Shown one piece after another: positions 49,041 through 59,424 of a stretch of DNA of 64,000 nucleotides (its first letter is position 1; each line of letters opens with the position of its first letter). Source of the DNA: Thermoanaerobaculia bacterium. Lineage in GTDB: Bacteria > Acidobacteriota > Thermoanaerobaculia > Multivoradales > UBA5704. Below the pieces are notes generated by a model. It saw only the letters and a program-made list of their open reading frames with translations. It did no database searches and was not told where the DNA came from. The stretch is from positions 1 to 64,000 of the forward strand of contig JBGAGQ010000001.1 in the NCBI GenBank assembly GCA_044226625.1. The letters run 5' to 3'. The position numbers and the translations under genes were made by a program.

Positions 49041-51622
49041 CGGGCCTCCTCCATCGCGTCCGCGGCCGGCCGGCGGAAGAGCGCGTCGAGCGCGGGCAGC
49101 ACCAGCAGGGTCGAGACGAGGCAGGCAAGGCCGCCGATCGCCACGATCAGCCCCGCGTTGCGCAGGCCGGGAATGCGCGACGCGGTCAAGCTGCCGAAAC
49201 CGATCGAGGCGGTGAGCATGACGAGCGTCATCGCCGGCCCCGACTCGAGCAGGACCGCGCGCATGCCGCCCGGCGTGTGGCGCGCGCCGACCACCGCGTG
49301 GACCCCCAGGTCGATGCCGGTCCCGAACAGGACCGGCAGCGCCGCGACGCAGACCAGGTCGAGCGGGCGCGCAAGGGCGCCCCAGAGCCCGAAGGTCCAG
49401 AGGCAGCCGAGCAGGAGCGGCATGCTCGCGAGGAACGAGGCGCCGACCCGTCCGCCGAGGGAGACCAGGACGACGATCGCCACCAGGAGCGCGGCGAAGC
49501 CGCTCGATCGGACCAGATCGCGCGAGGCAACCCGGCGCAGCTCGCGGCCGACCCGCGGCGCCGAGGCGAAAGCGGCTCCGGGAACTTCCTTCTCGATCTC
49601 TCCGGCGAGCGATTCGGCTTGGCGCTCGTCCAGCGAGCCGATCGGCACCCGCACGTGGACGGCGACCGCCGCGCCGCTCCCTTTGGGCCCGGAACCGGCG
49701 GCGTCGGAATGCACCAGCTCGGACATCCAGTCGGGCCACCCCGCAGGCTCGGGGGCTCGCGCGTCCTCGCCGCGGGCGAAGCCGCGTAGGACGTCGAGCG
49801 AGGATCGGAACGGCTCGACGCGAAATCCGACGGCGAGAAGCTCACGCTCGAAATCGCCCGCCGCCCGCTCGAGCGGCAGGGAGCGGAGCTCCGCGAGGCG
49901 CCGGGCGCGCCGCGCGCCGAGGACGATCCAATCCGACGGGCTATCGACCGCCGCCTCGGGCCCGAGCCGGCGAGACAGAACTTCGCGCACGCGCGCCGCC
50001 GCGTCGAGCGCCGCGCCGAGATCGTCGCGCCGAACCACGACCGTCGAGGTGTCGAGCCCGAGCCCGAAGCGGGTATAGGCGGCGGTCTCGAGCGCCTGGA
50101 GCGGCGTGTCCGCCGGCCGCAGAGCGCGCGGATCGACGTTGATCGCGAGGCCCCGCAGACCGAAGAGCGCGGCGAGCGAGAGCGCGGCGGCGACCGCCAG
50201 GACCGGCAGCGGCCGGCGCGCCGCGAAGCCGGACGTGCGCAGCAGGAGCGGCTGCCAGAACGCCCGCCAGAGGAGCGCCCGCGGCTTTCGCTCCGAGCGG
50301 CCGAAGACGAGCAGCGGCGCGGCGATCAGGACGGTCGTCGCGAGCGTCGCGAGCACCCCGAACATGAGCAGCAGGCCGAGCTCGCGGAGCGGCCGAAAGT
50401 GCGCGATCGCGAGCGCTCCGACCGCGACCGCCGAGGTCGCCGCCGAGGAGACGATGCCGGGGCCCGCCTCGACGCAGGCGGCCCGGAGCGCCTCGGCGCG
50501 CGAGAGCCCCGAGGCCCGGGCCAGACGAAAGCGCGAGCCGCCGTGGATTCCATATTCGACGCCGAGACCGAGCAGCGCCGCGGCGAACCCGACGCCCACC
50601 ACCGTGATGCTCCCGAGCGCGAGGCCGCCGGCTCCGACGGTCCAAGCCACCCCGGCGATCACCGCGAGCGTGATCGCCACGGGGATCAGCACCCCCTCGA
50701 ACCCGGCGAGCAGCACGAGCGCCACGCCGAGCGTCGAGCCCGAGATCGTCGAGGCGAGATCGGTCTTCAGGATTGCCTCGTCGTGCGCGGCGTAGATCGG
50801 TCCGCCGATCGCCTGGACCGAGAGCTTGCGGCCGGTCTCCTTCTCCGTCGTCCGTTGCGCGCCGGCGATCGCCGCGAGGATCGCGCGCCCGGCCGCCGGA
50901 TCGAGCTCGGCGCGCGCCGGGGTGATCACCACGAGCGCGGCGCCGCCGTCGCGGGAGACGAACGCCCCGGAGAGCGGATCGATCGGCAGCCCGGCGGGCG
51001 CCGCCCCGAGTAACCCTTCCGACAGGCCCAGTGGATCGGCGGTGAAGAGAGCGCGCGCGACACCGCCCATTGGGCTCCGCATCGCCTCGCGCATCGTCGC
51101 CACCCGCGCGTGGATCGCCGCCGGCTCGAGCCGGGCCGCGAGATCCTTCTTCCAATCCGGAGCGCTCACGAGGAGCGGCAGGCGCGGGGCAACGTGCTCG
51201 AAGAAGAAGCGCTCGTCCTCCTCTTCGAGCCCGGCGCGCGCGGCGCGGACCTCCGGGCTCTGTTTCAACAGCTCGGCGATTCGCCGCGCCGCCTCGGGCA
51301 GGGCGCTCTCGTCGGCGTCCTCGACGTGCTCGGCGTCCTCGGCGGCGCCCGAGTCGGCTCCCGCCTTTGCACCTGCCGGAGCGGCCGGCGGGGCGAGCTC
51401 GACGATCGCGAACACCTTCTCGAAGCCGCCGAACGTGCGGAGGAAGGTCCGATAGTCCTCGGCCGCCGGAGCGTCGTTCGGCAGCAGGTCGGAGAGGTCG
51501 GTATCGATGCGTAGACGCGACGCCGGCGCGAGCGCGAGCAGCGTGATCGCGAGCCCGAGGGCGAGCGTCCGTCCCGGGCGGGCGCCCACGAGGCGCGCGA
51601 TCCATTCGAGCAGGCCGGGCAT
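49037..51622 (-). CDS. MMPL/RND family exporter
   Basis: IDTDLSDLLP, GLGVEYGIH, GTGIDLGVH; two TM bundles. Confidence 0.88.
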   Translation of the reverse strand: MPGLLEWIARLVGARPGRTLALGLAITLLALAPASRLRIDTDLSDLLPNDAPAAEDYRTFLRTFGGFEKVFAIVELAPPAAPAGAKAGADSGAAEDAEHVEDADESALPEAARRIAELLKQSPEVRAARAGLEEEDERFFFEHVAPRLPLLVSAPDWKKDLAARLEPAAIHARVATMREAMRSPMGGVARALFTADPLGLSEGLLGAAPAGLPIDPLSGAFVSRDGGAALVVITPARAELDPAAGRAILAAIAGAQRTTEKETGRKLSVQAIGGPIYAAHDEAILKTDLASTISGSTLGVALVLLAGFEGVLIPVAITLAVIAGVAWTVGAGGLALGSITVVGVGFAAALLGLGVEYGIHGGSRFRLARASGLSRAEALRAACVEAGPGIVSSAATSAVAVGALAIAHFRPLRELGLLLMFGVLATLATTVLIAAPLLVFGRSERKPRALLWRAFWQPLLLRTSGFAARRPLPVLAVAAALSLAALFGLRGLAINVDPRALRPADTPLQALETAAYTRFGLGLDTSTVVVRRDDLGAALDAAARVREVLSRRLGPEAAVDSPSDWIVLGARRARRLAELRSLPLERAAGDFERELLAVGFRVEPFRSSLDVLRGFARGEDARAPEPAGWPDWMSELVHSDAAGSGPKGSGAAVAVHVRVPIGSLDERQAESLAGEIEKEVPGAAFASAPRVGRELRRVASRDLVRSSGFAALLVAIVVLVSLGGRVGASFLASMPLLLGCLWTFGLWGALARPLDLVCVAALPVLFGTGIDLGVHAVVGARHTPGGMRAVLLESGPAMTLVMLTASIGFGSLTASRIPGLRNAGLIVAIGGLACLVSTLLVLPALDALFRRPAADAMEEAR

Positions 51623-51640
51623 CGTTCCGCCGTAAAGGCC

Positions 51641-52393
51641 CTAGGCCGACGCGCCCGCGTCGATCACCAGGGTCTGGCCCGTGATCGAGGCGGCGCCTTC
51701 GGACAGGAGGAAGGCGACCGCCGCGGCGACCGATTCCGCGCGCACGCCGCCCGGCAGGCACTCTCCCGCGCGCAGCCGGTCGACCTGCTCCGGGGAAAGG
51801 TCGGCGGTGAGGTCGGTCGGCACGAAGCCGGGGATCACGGCGTTCACCCGGACGTTGCGCTTGCCGACCTCGCGAGCGAGCACGCGGGTCATCGCCAGCA
51901 GCCCCGCTTTGGTCGCCGCGTATGCCGCCTGGCCCGCGACGCCGTGGAGCGCCGACAACGAAGAGACGTTCACGATCGAGCCGCCGCGGCGCGAGACGAA
52001 ACCGCGAAGCGCCGCCCGCGCGAGACGAAACGAGCCCGAGAGGTTCTGGTCGAGCACGGCGTCCCAATCTTCGTCCGAGGTGAGCGCGAGCAACGCCTCG
52101 CGCCGAATGCCCGCGTTGTTGACCAGGCCGCCGAGCGGGCCGACCTCGCGCTCCACCTCGGAGATCAGATCGTCCGGCCGCGCCCGGTCGGCGAGATCGA
52201 AGCGAAACGCCCGGACCGCGACGCCGTGCGACTCGGAGAGCCCGGCCGCCAGATCCCGCGCCGCCCCTTCGTCGCTCCGGAACGTCAACGCGACGGGCCG
52301 GCCGGCGGCAGCGAGCGCCTCGGCGATCGCGCGGCCCAGACCTCGGCCGCCCCCCGTGATGAGCACCGCCGCCATCGAGCTGGGTGAGCTCAT
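51641..52393 (-). CDS. fabG: 3-oxoacyl-ACP reductase (SDR)
   Basis: TGGGRGLG, NNAG, YAATK. Confidence 0.88.
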   Translation of the reverse strand: MSSPSSMAAVLITGGGRGLGRAIAEALAAAGRPVALTFRSDEGAARDLAAGLSESHGVAVRAFRFDLADRARPDDLISEVEREVGPLGGLVNNAGIRREALLALTSDEDWDAVLDQNLSGSFRLARAALRGFVSRRGGSIVNVSSLSALHGVAGQAAYAATKAGLLAMTRVLAREVGKRNVRVNAVIPGFVPTDLTADLSPEQVDRLRAGECLPGGVRAESVAAAVAFLLSEGAASITGQTLVIDAGASA

Positions 52394-53133
52394 CGGGCGC
52401 GCCTCTCGAACCGGGCGCCGATCACCGCGCGGGCGATCCGCAGGCTGTCCACGAGCGGCCGGTAGTGGCTGGTCGTCCGGCCGTCGGCAAATCCGAGATG
52501 GACGGGCGTCGCCACGATCGAGAAGCCGCCGCGCGCCGCGCGCACCACCACCGCGCTCTCGGCCTCGAACCGATCCTCGGGGAAGCCGACCGCTTCGATC
52601 AACCGCCGCGAGTACCAGCGGAAGCCGGTCTGGATGTCCGGCACGGGCTTGCCCGCGGCAAACGAGATCGCCCGCGACGAAAGCCGGTTGCTCAGGCGGC
52701 GGACGCGGCTCATCTCCGAGAACAGATGGTCCCTCACGCCGAGCGCCAGATCCGCTCCGGCTTCGATCAGCGGCAGCAGCTTCGGAATCTCGCTCGGCAG
52801 GTGCTGCCCGTCGGCGTCGAGCGTGATCACCCCGTCCGCGCCGCGCTCGAGAAGGTCGGCGAAAGCCCGCCGCAGCGCCGCCCCCTTGCCCAGGTTCTTC
52901 GGCTGGACGAGCACCCGTGCGCCCGCCTGCCGCGCGGCCTCTTCGGTGCGGTCGGTCGAACCGTCGTCGATCACCACCAGCTCGCGCAACGGCCGCTGCG
53001 AGGTGGGATCGCCCGAACCGTCGGCGACCAGCGCGAGCGTTCCCGTCACCACGGCGCCGATCGAAGGAGCCGCCTGATACGCCGGGATCGCGACGCCGAT
53101 CGCGAGCGGTCGGTTTCCGTTCATCGCGGTCAC
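52390..53133 (-). CDS. Glycosyltransferase family 2
   Basis: IPAYQ, DDGSTD, GKGAAL, DADGQH, DIQTGFR. Confidence 0.9.
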   Translation of the reverse strand: MTAMNGNRPLAIGVAIPAYQAAPSIGAVVTGTLALVADGSGDPTSQRPLRELVVIDDGSTDRTEEAARQAGARVLVQPKNLGKGAALRRAFADLLERGADGVITLDADGQHLPSEIPKLLPLIEAGADLALGVRDHLFSEMSRVRRLSNRLSSRAISFAAGKPVPDIQTGFRWYSRRLIEAVGFPEDRFEAESAVVVRAARGGFSIVATPVHLGFADGRTTSHYRPLVDSLRIARAVIGARFERRAR

Positions 53134-54428
53134 GACGCGGCCTCCGCCCGAGCCGGCGCTTCGAGCGCCAACCACGCCGCGGCGCCTCCCGCCGCGAGCG
53201 CGGTCGCGAGCACGCGCCGCGGTGCCACCAGCGCTCCGCCGTCGTGCGGCCGTAGGCCGAGGGCCGGATCCGCTTCGGCGAAGCCTGCCGTCGCGCCGAA
53301 CGGCGCGCCGGAGAGAGCGATCAACGCCGAGGCGAGATGGGCTCCGCCGTACTCCCCGGCGACACTCTTCGGCGCGAGGATCGGCGGCAGGGGCCGGTCG
53401 CCCCAGGCCGCGGCGAGCACCTCCGCCTCCAGCCGGTCCCCTTGGACGGCGCCACTCGCGCCCGAGACGATCCGATCGAAATCCGCCGGGCCGAGGCCGA
53501 ATCGCCCGATCCCGCGCAACAGGCCGCGCGCGAGCACCGCGCCGCCCGTTCCCCAATCCGTCGGCGGGGCCGAGGCGTCGAACGCGCTCGCCCACCCCGC
53601 GATCCGGGCGAGCGGCTCGACTCCGCGCGCCGCGGCGTCGGTCGCCCGCTCGAGCACCAGGACCACCGAGCCTTCCGCCGCGAGGAAACCGTCCCGCCGC
53701 CGGTCGAACGGCCGGGCGACCTCCCCCTCCGTCGCGGTCCCGCGCGAGAGCGCGCCGAACCGGTCGAGCAGAGCGTGGAGCAGCGGCGTCATCTCCTCCG
53801 CCGCCCCGACGAGCGCCCGGCGGGCGCGGCCGGAGGCCACCTCGGCGGCTCCTTTCGCCACCGCGAGCAGCGGCCCCGCTTCGCGCTGGACGACCGTGAC
53901 GTTCGCTCCGCGAGCGCGCGCGGCGATCGCGATCTGCGCCGCCGGGGCGTTCGCCACGCATTCGGTGAAGTAGAACGGCGAGGCCGCCTCCGGGCTCTCG
54001 AGGAGGATCTGGCGCATCAGGTGCTCGGTGAACGACGACGGACCGAACGCGTTGGCGAGGAACACCGCCATCCCCGCGCCCCCCTCCGCCTCGCCCGACA
54101 CTCCTTCGTTCGCGATCCGCCCGTTCGCATCCCCGAGCCCCGCCATGGCGAGCGCCTGCCGCGCCGCGGCGACCGCAAGCTTCGAGGGCGGGCTCATGCG
54201 CCGCGCCTCCGCCGGCAGGAGCCAAGGAGCGAAGCTCGAGAGACTGACCCGGGAGGCGAGATGGGCGCTCGGTCCGGCGCGGTGGTAGCCCTCCGGGCGA
54301 TCGATCGGGGCGAGGCGCGGTCCGCCGGACGCCAGCGCCTCGCGCAGCTCCGCGAGGCCGAGCCCGAACGCGGTCACCGCGCCGACGCCGGTGACGACGA
54401 CGGGCGCCGAGCCCGGCGCGCCGCTCAT
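53130..54428 (-). CDS. Ketosynthase-like chain-length factor (non-catalytic)
   Basis: KS fold; VVQREAG in place of the catalytic Cys motif; SGASG in place of HGTGT. Confidence 0.75.
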   Translation of the reverse strand: MSGAPGSAPVVVTGVGAVTAFGLGLAELREALASGGPRLAPIDRPEGYHRAGPSAHLASRVSLSSFAPWLLPAEARRMSPPSKLAVAAARQALAMAGLGDANGRIANEGVSGEAEGGAGMAVFLANAFGPSSFTEHLMRQILLESPEAASPFYFTECVANAPAAQIAIAARARGANVTVVQREAGPLLAVAKGAAEVASGRARRALVGAAEEMTPLLHALLDRFGALSRGTATEGEVARPFDRRRDGFLAAEGSVVLVLERATDAAARGVEPLARIAGWASAFDASAPPTDWGTGGAVLARGLLRGIGRFGLGPADFDRIVSGASGAVQGDRLEAEVLAAAWGDRPLPPILAPKSVAGEYGGAHLASALIALSGAPFGATAGFAEADPALGLRPHDGGALVAPRRVLATALAAGGAAAWLALEAPARAEAAS

Positions 54429-55690
54429 CGAGAGCCCGCCCGCGTAAAGACGAGCGCCGCGTTGGCGCCGCCGAACGCGAGGCTGGTCGACAGAGCGCTC
54501 GCCGGAGCCTCGGGACCCGAGTCGAGCGGCCGCGGGCGGTCGAGCACGAGATCGACGTCGAGGTCGGGATCGACCTCACCGCCGGTCGAGCAGGGATGGA
54601 CCTCGCCGCGCGCGAGGCAGAGCACCGTGGCGACCGCCTCGAGCGCCCCCGCCGAGCCAAGCAGATGCCCCACGAGCCCTTTCGTCGAGGTGACCGGGAT
54701 CTCCTTCGCCCGCTCCCCCAACGAGCGCGCAAACGCCCGCCACTCCGCCGCGTCGTTGAGCGGCGTGCCGGTACCGTGGGCGTTGACGAACGCGATCGCC
54801 TCGGGGCCCACGCCGGCGTCCGCGAGCGCGGCGGCGATCGCCGCCGCGGCCCCCGAGCCCTCCGGCTCCGGCGCGGTCATGTGGTGGGCATCGCACGAGG
54901 CGCCGGCGCCGGCGAGCACCGCGAGCGGCTCCGCGCCGCGGCCGAGCGCGCGCTCCTCCGACTCGAGCACGAGGACCGCCCCGCCCTCGCCGATCGACAG
55001 CCCCTCGCGTCCGGCGCGAAACGGCCGGCAGGGATTCTCGTCGACCGAGCGGAGCGAATTGAACCCGGCATAGGTGATCTGACAGAGCGAATCGGCGCCG
55101 CCCGCGAGGGCGACTTCCACCTCGGCCGTGCGGAGCGCCTCGAGCGCGGCGCCGAGCGCGAGCGCCCCGGAGGCGCAAGCCGACGACACCGTCTCCACGG
55201 GACCCGTGATCCCGAAACGCCGCGCCACCGCGTCCCCCGGACCGTTCGGCTGCTGCGAGGCGAGCGCCGAGACGCGCGGGTTCGCGCGCCGCGCGAGCAG
55301 GTCGGCGAAGAACTCCTCGCCCTCCCACATGCCACCGGTCGAGCTACCGAAATAGAGGCCCACGGCGAGGTCCGAGAGGTCCTCCGGCAATCCCGCCTGC
55401 GCGAGCGCCTCCGACGCCGCCGCGAGCGCGAACCGGTCGGCGAGCGAAAGGCGCAGGCCGACCCGGCCGTTCCGCCCTCGGCTGCGCCGCGCCCAGGACG
55501 CCTCGGGCGCCGGCACCTCCGAGGCCAGGTGCGTGCGATGCCTCGCGTGGTCGAAGCGATCGAAATCGCCGATCGCCACGCGGCCCGCGGCGAGCCCCGA
55601 CCAGAGGGCGTCCCGCCCCCAGCCGAGCCCGCTCACCGCACCGACCCCGGACACGACGATCCGCGCCGGGCTTGTCGCTCGTTGCGCCAT
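54425..55690 (-). CDS. Beta-ketoacyl-ACP synthase (FabF-like)
   Basis: SACASG, NAHGTGT, GHLLG, AFGG. Confidence 0.92.
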   Translation of the reverse strand: MAQRATSPARIVVSGVGAVSGLGWGRDALWSGLAAGRVAIGDFDRFDHARHRTHLASEVPAPEASWARRSRGRNGRVGLRLSLADRFALAAASEALAQAGLPEDLSDLAVGLYFGSSTGGMWEGEEFFADLLARRANPRVSALASQQPNGPGDAVARRFGITGPVETVSSACASGALALGAALEALRTAEVEVALAGGADSLCQITYAGFNSLRSVDENPCRPFRAGREGLSIGEGGAVLVLESEERALGRGAEPLAVLAGAGASCDAHHMTAPEPEGSGAAAAIAAALADAGVGPEAIAFVNAHGTGTPLNDAAEWRAFARSLGERAKEIPVTSTKGLVGHLLGSAGALEAVATVLCLARGEVHPCSTGGEVDPDLDVDLVLDRPRPLDSGPEAPASALSTSLAFGGANAALVFTRAGSR

Positions 55691-55719
55691 CCCCAGGAAA
55701 CGGCTCCTCGAAACGACCT

Positions 55720-55989
55720 CTAGAGCCGACCCTCGACGAAGCTCGCGAGGCTTGCGACCGAGGCGAACGACTCCCGGCCCATCTCGTTGCTCTTGATCTT
55801 GATCCCGAACTCCTTCTCGAGCGCCACCACCAGCTCGAGCGCATCGACCGAGTCGAGACCCAGCCCTTCACCAAACAGCGCCGCATCATCCTCGATCGAC
55901 GCCGGATCCGTCCCGTCGAGATGCAGACTCTCGACGATCAGCCGCTTGATTCGTTCCCTGAGACCCGCTGTCACCGCCGCTTCCGACAT
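55720..55989 (-). CDS. Acyl carrier protein
   Basis: LFGEGLGLDSVDALEL. Confidence 0.92.
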   Translation of the reverse strand: MSEAAVTAGLRERIKRLIVESLHLDGTDPASIEDDAALFGEGLGLDSVDALELVVALEKEFGIKIKSNEMGRESFASVASLASFVEGRL

Positions 55990-56223
55990 AAGAAGAAATA
56001 CCTCAAAAATTCGCCCCGGAACAGACCGGCAGGCGCTCGATCCACCTCCATGCCGTCTGCACGTTTCCCGCCAAGGCCTCACACCTCCCCCAACTCCCCC
56101 CCACCGAGAGGCCACAAGCCGCGGAACCGTCCGGGAACCGAGACAGAAGATCGTACTGTGAGGAGGGCGGGGGCGGCAAACGGGGGGCGGGAGGGGAGGA
56201 GAGCGCCGAAGCCCCGAGCCGAT

Positions 56224-59200
56224 TCATAAGCCGCAGCTCAAATTTCCGCCTTGTGCTTTCGGGTCGCGGAAGTCCGAAGAGGAATAACCGATCACCTCGA
56301 ACGACGCCCACGAGAGGACCGAGCGGGCCAATGGGTTGCGGCTCCTCAAGGCACAAAGCTGTGCTTGGCGCAAAGCGTCGGCAGCATCCGCACCCGCCGC
56401 GTAACTTCGATGAAACTCGGCGAGCAACCTCGAGGATCGGTCGTCTCCCACGCTCCAAACGCTCGCCAAAATGCCCGGCGCTCCCGCCGCGAAGATCGGC
56501 CGCACCAGCGCCCCGATTTCGACCTGACCGCCGGGATGCCCTGCGGCGCTCGAACAAGCCGCGAGCACCACCAGGCGCGTGCGGGCGAGGCGAAGCTCGG
56601 AGAGCATCTCGCCCGCGGACAGAAAACCGCTGCGTCCTTTTCCCGGGGCGAGCGCGAGATAGCTCCGAATCGGCGAGAGGATCACCGCGTGGCCCGCGTA
56701 ATGCACCATCCGAGCCCTGGTGGAATCGGCGAGGAAGGCTCCGGCGGTCGCGTTCTCTTCTTTCAAGACGATCGCTTCCCGACCGTAAATCCGCCGGAGG
56801 ATCCCCACCTCGTGCGAGGCCCCAGCAAGCCGTTCCAGCCCCGCCGCCTCCGGCGCGGCCGGGTCGAACGCCGGATCGCCCACGAGCAGCGCGGACGGCC
56901 GGACGGCGCGCCCCATCTTTCGATCCCGCAAGAGGCAATAGACGAACAGAGTCGCGCTCGGTGCGGTCGACACCACGAAATTTTCGACCAGATACCTGCC
57001 CGTGCGAACGTCCAGGAGGGCCGCCATCGGCACCTCGCGCAAGGGACTGTCCGGTACGATCACGATCCTTTCCGCGTGGTGACGCAGGAGTCGGTTTCGA
57101 ATCGATTCGAACACGGCTCGGTCCAACACCCCGAGCGTCTCGGCGGCCTCCCTGCCCAAACGCTTAGACACTTGCCGCTCCAATCGACGCGTCAGCTCGA
57201 CGAGAACGGCACGATCGATCTTCTGAATCACGACCTCGAACCGGTCGTCTTGAACGAGCCACGCGACCACCCGATTCTCGAGGACGGCCAGCTCGACGAC
57301 GACGGTTCCCCGCGGCAAATCGCGCTGGACCTCGTGGAGCCGCAAGGGAGCACCGGTCTGTGCCAAGAGGCGGACCTCCCGAGGAGAGAGGCTGGCCCCG
57401 CGTAGAAACGAGAGGGGCTCGAAGACGCGGGACCGCTCGGCGACCTCGAAGGCTTCGCGATAGAGACCTCGATCCAGCAGGAGAGAGAGATAAAGCTCAT
57501 AGGAACGGCGAAATCGAGCCAGATAATCGGCCAAGAAATCGGGCCCACGGCGCGCGTCATCCCCCTCCGTGCGCGCTCGTTCCCGGTGGATTTCGGCAAA
57601 ACCTCGCCGGAGATCCCCCTCCACCGCCACGCTTCGCCCGGCACGCTCCAGCGCTCCCGCCCGTTCGAAGGCCAACGTCGCCCGCAGCGTTCCCACCTCG
57701 CCCTCCGGATCGAGACGGAGCGCGTCGGTGAAGCGCTCGATGGCGCCGACGGGATCCGAACGCCAGAGGCTCGGCGCCTCGAGCCCGCGGATTTGGCCGG
57801 CCGCGCGCCCCAGTCCGTCCGGATCGGTTCCGAGCAGCCTTTCCGCCTCGGCCAGATCTCGCATCGCACTGGGGAAATCCCCCAGATCGGACTCCAGGGC
57901 GGCCCTTTCCTTGAGCGCCACGCCAAGGATCGCTTCCCTGCTCTTCCTCGTGCTCGTCGGCGAACGGAGCAAACTCTCGCGTGCCAGCCGCGAGGCCTCC
58001 TGCTGCAGCGCAAGCGCCACGTGGGGCGCGCGCAGCGAATGGGCTGTCAAGGCGGCTTCGCCCAGCAGTAGCTGGTAGACGGGCGGGGCCGAGGAGCGGG
58101 AGACTCTCTGCAGTAGACCAGCCGCTTCGCGCCACGCCGATTCGGCCTCGCCCAGGTTCCGAAGTATTCCCATCTTCCGAGCGGCGATTCGAAGGATGGC
58201 TTCGTCATCGCCTTCTCCCCGCTCCAGCTCCGCCGCGTGGTCGAACGCCTCGAGTGCTTCGAGGGGCCTTCCCAACCACTGCAGACAATAGGCGCGATGC
58301 GCCCGGGCTTTTGCCTCCAGATTGCGGTAGCCGCGAAGGCGTGCCAGCTTCTCGATGCGTTGGAGCCGATCCAACGCGGCCTCAGGAGGGATGAGCCGTC
58401 CCCGAGAAAGCTCTACGATCGATCCGAGCTCGGCGCTCCAAGCGATCGGGCTCGCGACCGAACGCAGCAGGCCGCGCGCCCGGCGAAAGGCCCGCGCCGA
58501 CGCGCGCGAGCGCAAGGCTTCCTGGGCATCGATCCCTTCTCTGAAGGCCCGCTGCCCCGCGGCAAACGTTCGCGCTCCGCGAGAGCTTCTGGAGATACGC
58601 GCCAATGAATCGACAACCGCCGGCAGAAACGTATCGCGAGTGAGCCGTCGATGCTCCTGCGCCAGCAGCCCTAAAGCCGTGGCGGTACGCCGAGCCGAAC
58701 GGAGCCGGCCGGCTTCCATCTCGTCAGCCCATCGACCGAGAAGCTCGTCTTCGCAAAATTGGCGCACCTGTGATGGAAAGCGATGGGCCGACCGTAGAAC
58801 CTCGGCACGATCGCCGAGCGTTAGGGCTCGCTCCAACCGGGATTTGGCAGAAGACCACGACCGCGTCTGGTCGGAGACGTAAGATTTTCGCAGTTGCAGA
58901 GCGCGTACGCGCGCCTGCCACCCCCGCTCCGAGCGCGAATCCCCTTCGACGTACGATCGCCACGAATCCTCGGCGAGGCCGCGCGGCATCACCGCGTCGT
59001 CGGCGAGAGCTCGAGTGAATCGAGCCTCGGCGGAACGAGGATCGAGCGCGAGAATCCGACGCGCCTCCTCGGCCGCTCGGAGCAGGTCGACGGGCGGACC
59101 GGCGGACCGTTCCCGTGCGGAATAGACGGCTCCAAAACCGAACAGGCTCGTCATGTCCCAGGCCTTGCTCCGAGCCGATGAGTCCGGCGTCTCGCGCTTC

Positions 59201-59304
59201 GGCCCCCCCGCTCCCGATTCCGGAGAGTTGCAATTGGCCAACAACAGGACACAAGAGAGGGTCGCCGCCGTCTCGCGGGCGCCTCTCCAAACGGCAATCG
59301 GCAT
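56224..59304 (-). CDS. TPR-CHAT domain protease (possible lipoprotein)
   Basis: IVPD, VHYAGHA, LVVLAACSS, SVWSV, ALRQAQ, WASF; LLLANC near the N-terminus. Confidence 0.85.
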   Translation of the reverse strand: MPIAVWRGARETAATLSCVLLLANCNSPESGAGGPKRETPDSSARSKAWDMTSLFGFGAVYSARERSAGPPVDLLRAAEEARRILALDPRSAEARFTRALADDAVMPRGLAEDSWRSYVEGDSRSERGWQARVRALQLRKSYVSDQTRSWSSAKSRLERALTLGDRAEVLRSAHRFPSQVRQFCEDELLGRWADEMEAGRLRSARRTATALGLLAQEHRRLTRDTFLPAVVDSLARISRSSRGARTFAAGQRAFREGIDAQEALRSRASARAFRRARGLLRSVASPIAWSAELGSIVELSRGRLIPPEAALDRLQRIEKLARLRGYRNLEAKARAHRAYCLQWLGRPLEALEAFDHAAELERGEGDDEAILRIAARKMGILRNLGEAESAWREAAGLLQRVSRSSAPPVYQLLLGEAALTAHSLRAPHVALALQQEASRLARESLLRSPTSTRKSREAILGVALKERAALESDLGDFPSAMRDLAEAERLLGTDPDGLGRAAGQIRGLEAPSLWRSDPVGAIERFTDALRLDPEGEVGTLRATLAFERAGALERAGRSVAVEGDLRRGFAEIHRERARTEGDDARRGPDFLADYLARFRRSYELYLSLLLDRGLYREAFEVAERSRVFEPLSFLRGASLSPREVRLLAQTGAPLRLHEVQRDLPRGTVVVELAVLENRVVAWLVQDDRFEVVIQKIDRAVLVELTRRLERQVSKRLGREAAETLGVLDRAVFESIRNRLLRHHAERIVIVPDSPLREVPMAALLDVRTGRYLVENFVVSTAPSATLFVYCLLRDRKMGRAVRPSALLVGDPAFDPAAPEAAGLERLAGASHEVGILRRIYGREAIVLKEENATAGAFLADSTRARMVHYAGHAVILSPIRSYLALAPGKGRSGFLSAGEMLSELRLARTRLVVLAACSSAAGHPGGQVEIGALVRPIFAAGAPGILASVWSVGDDRSSRLLAEFHRSYAAGADAADALRQAQLCALRSRNPLARSVLSWASFEVIGYSSSDFRDPKAQGGNLSCGL

Positions 59305-59387
59305 AATTTCTCTCAACGAGCGACAGAACGTTTGCGAAGTACTGCGGAGCCGAAAAGGAAGGTGCGGTGAACACGGGATTTGTGTGA

Positions 59388-59419
59388 CCTTGATATAGGA
59401 TGAATATCCTAATTCAAGG
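59388..59419. promoter_or_regulatory. AT-rich inverted repeat between divergent CHAT and ECF genes
   Basis: CCTTGA-ta-TAGGAT-gaat-ATCCTA-at-TCAAGG. Confidence 0.55.
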
Positions 59420-59424
59420 CCCAC

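Noticed and set aside
56165-56196. G-quadruplex-like G runs upstream of the ACP gene
   Set aside because: Expected by chance at this GC content; no supporting evidence.
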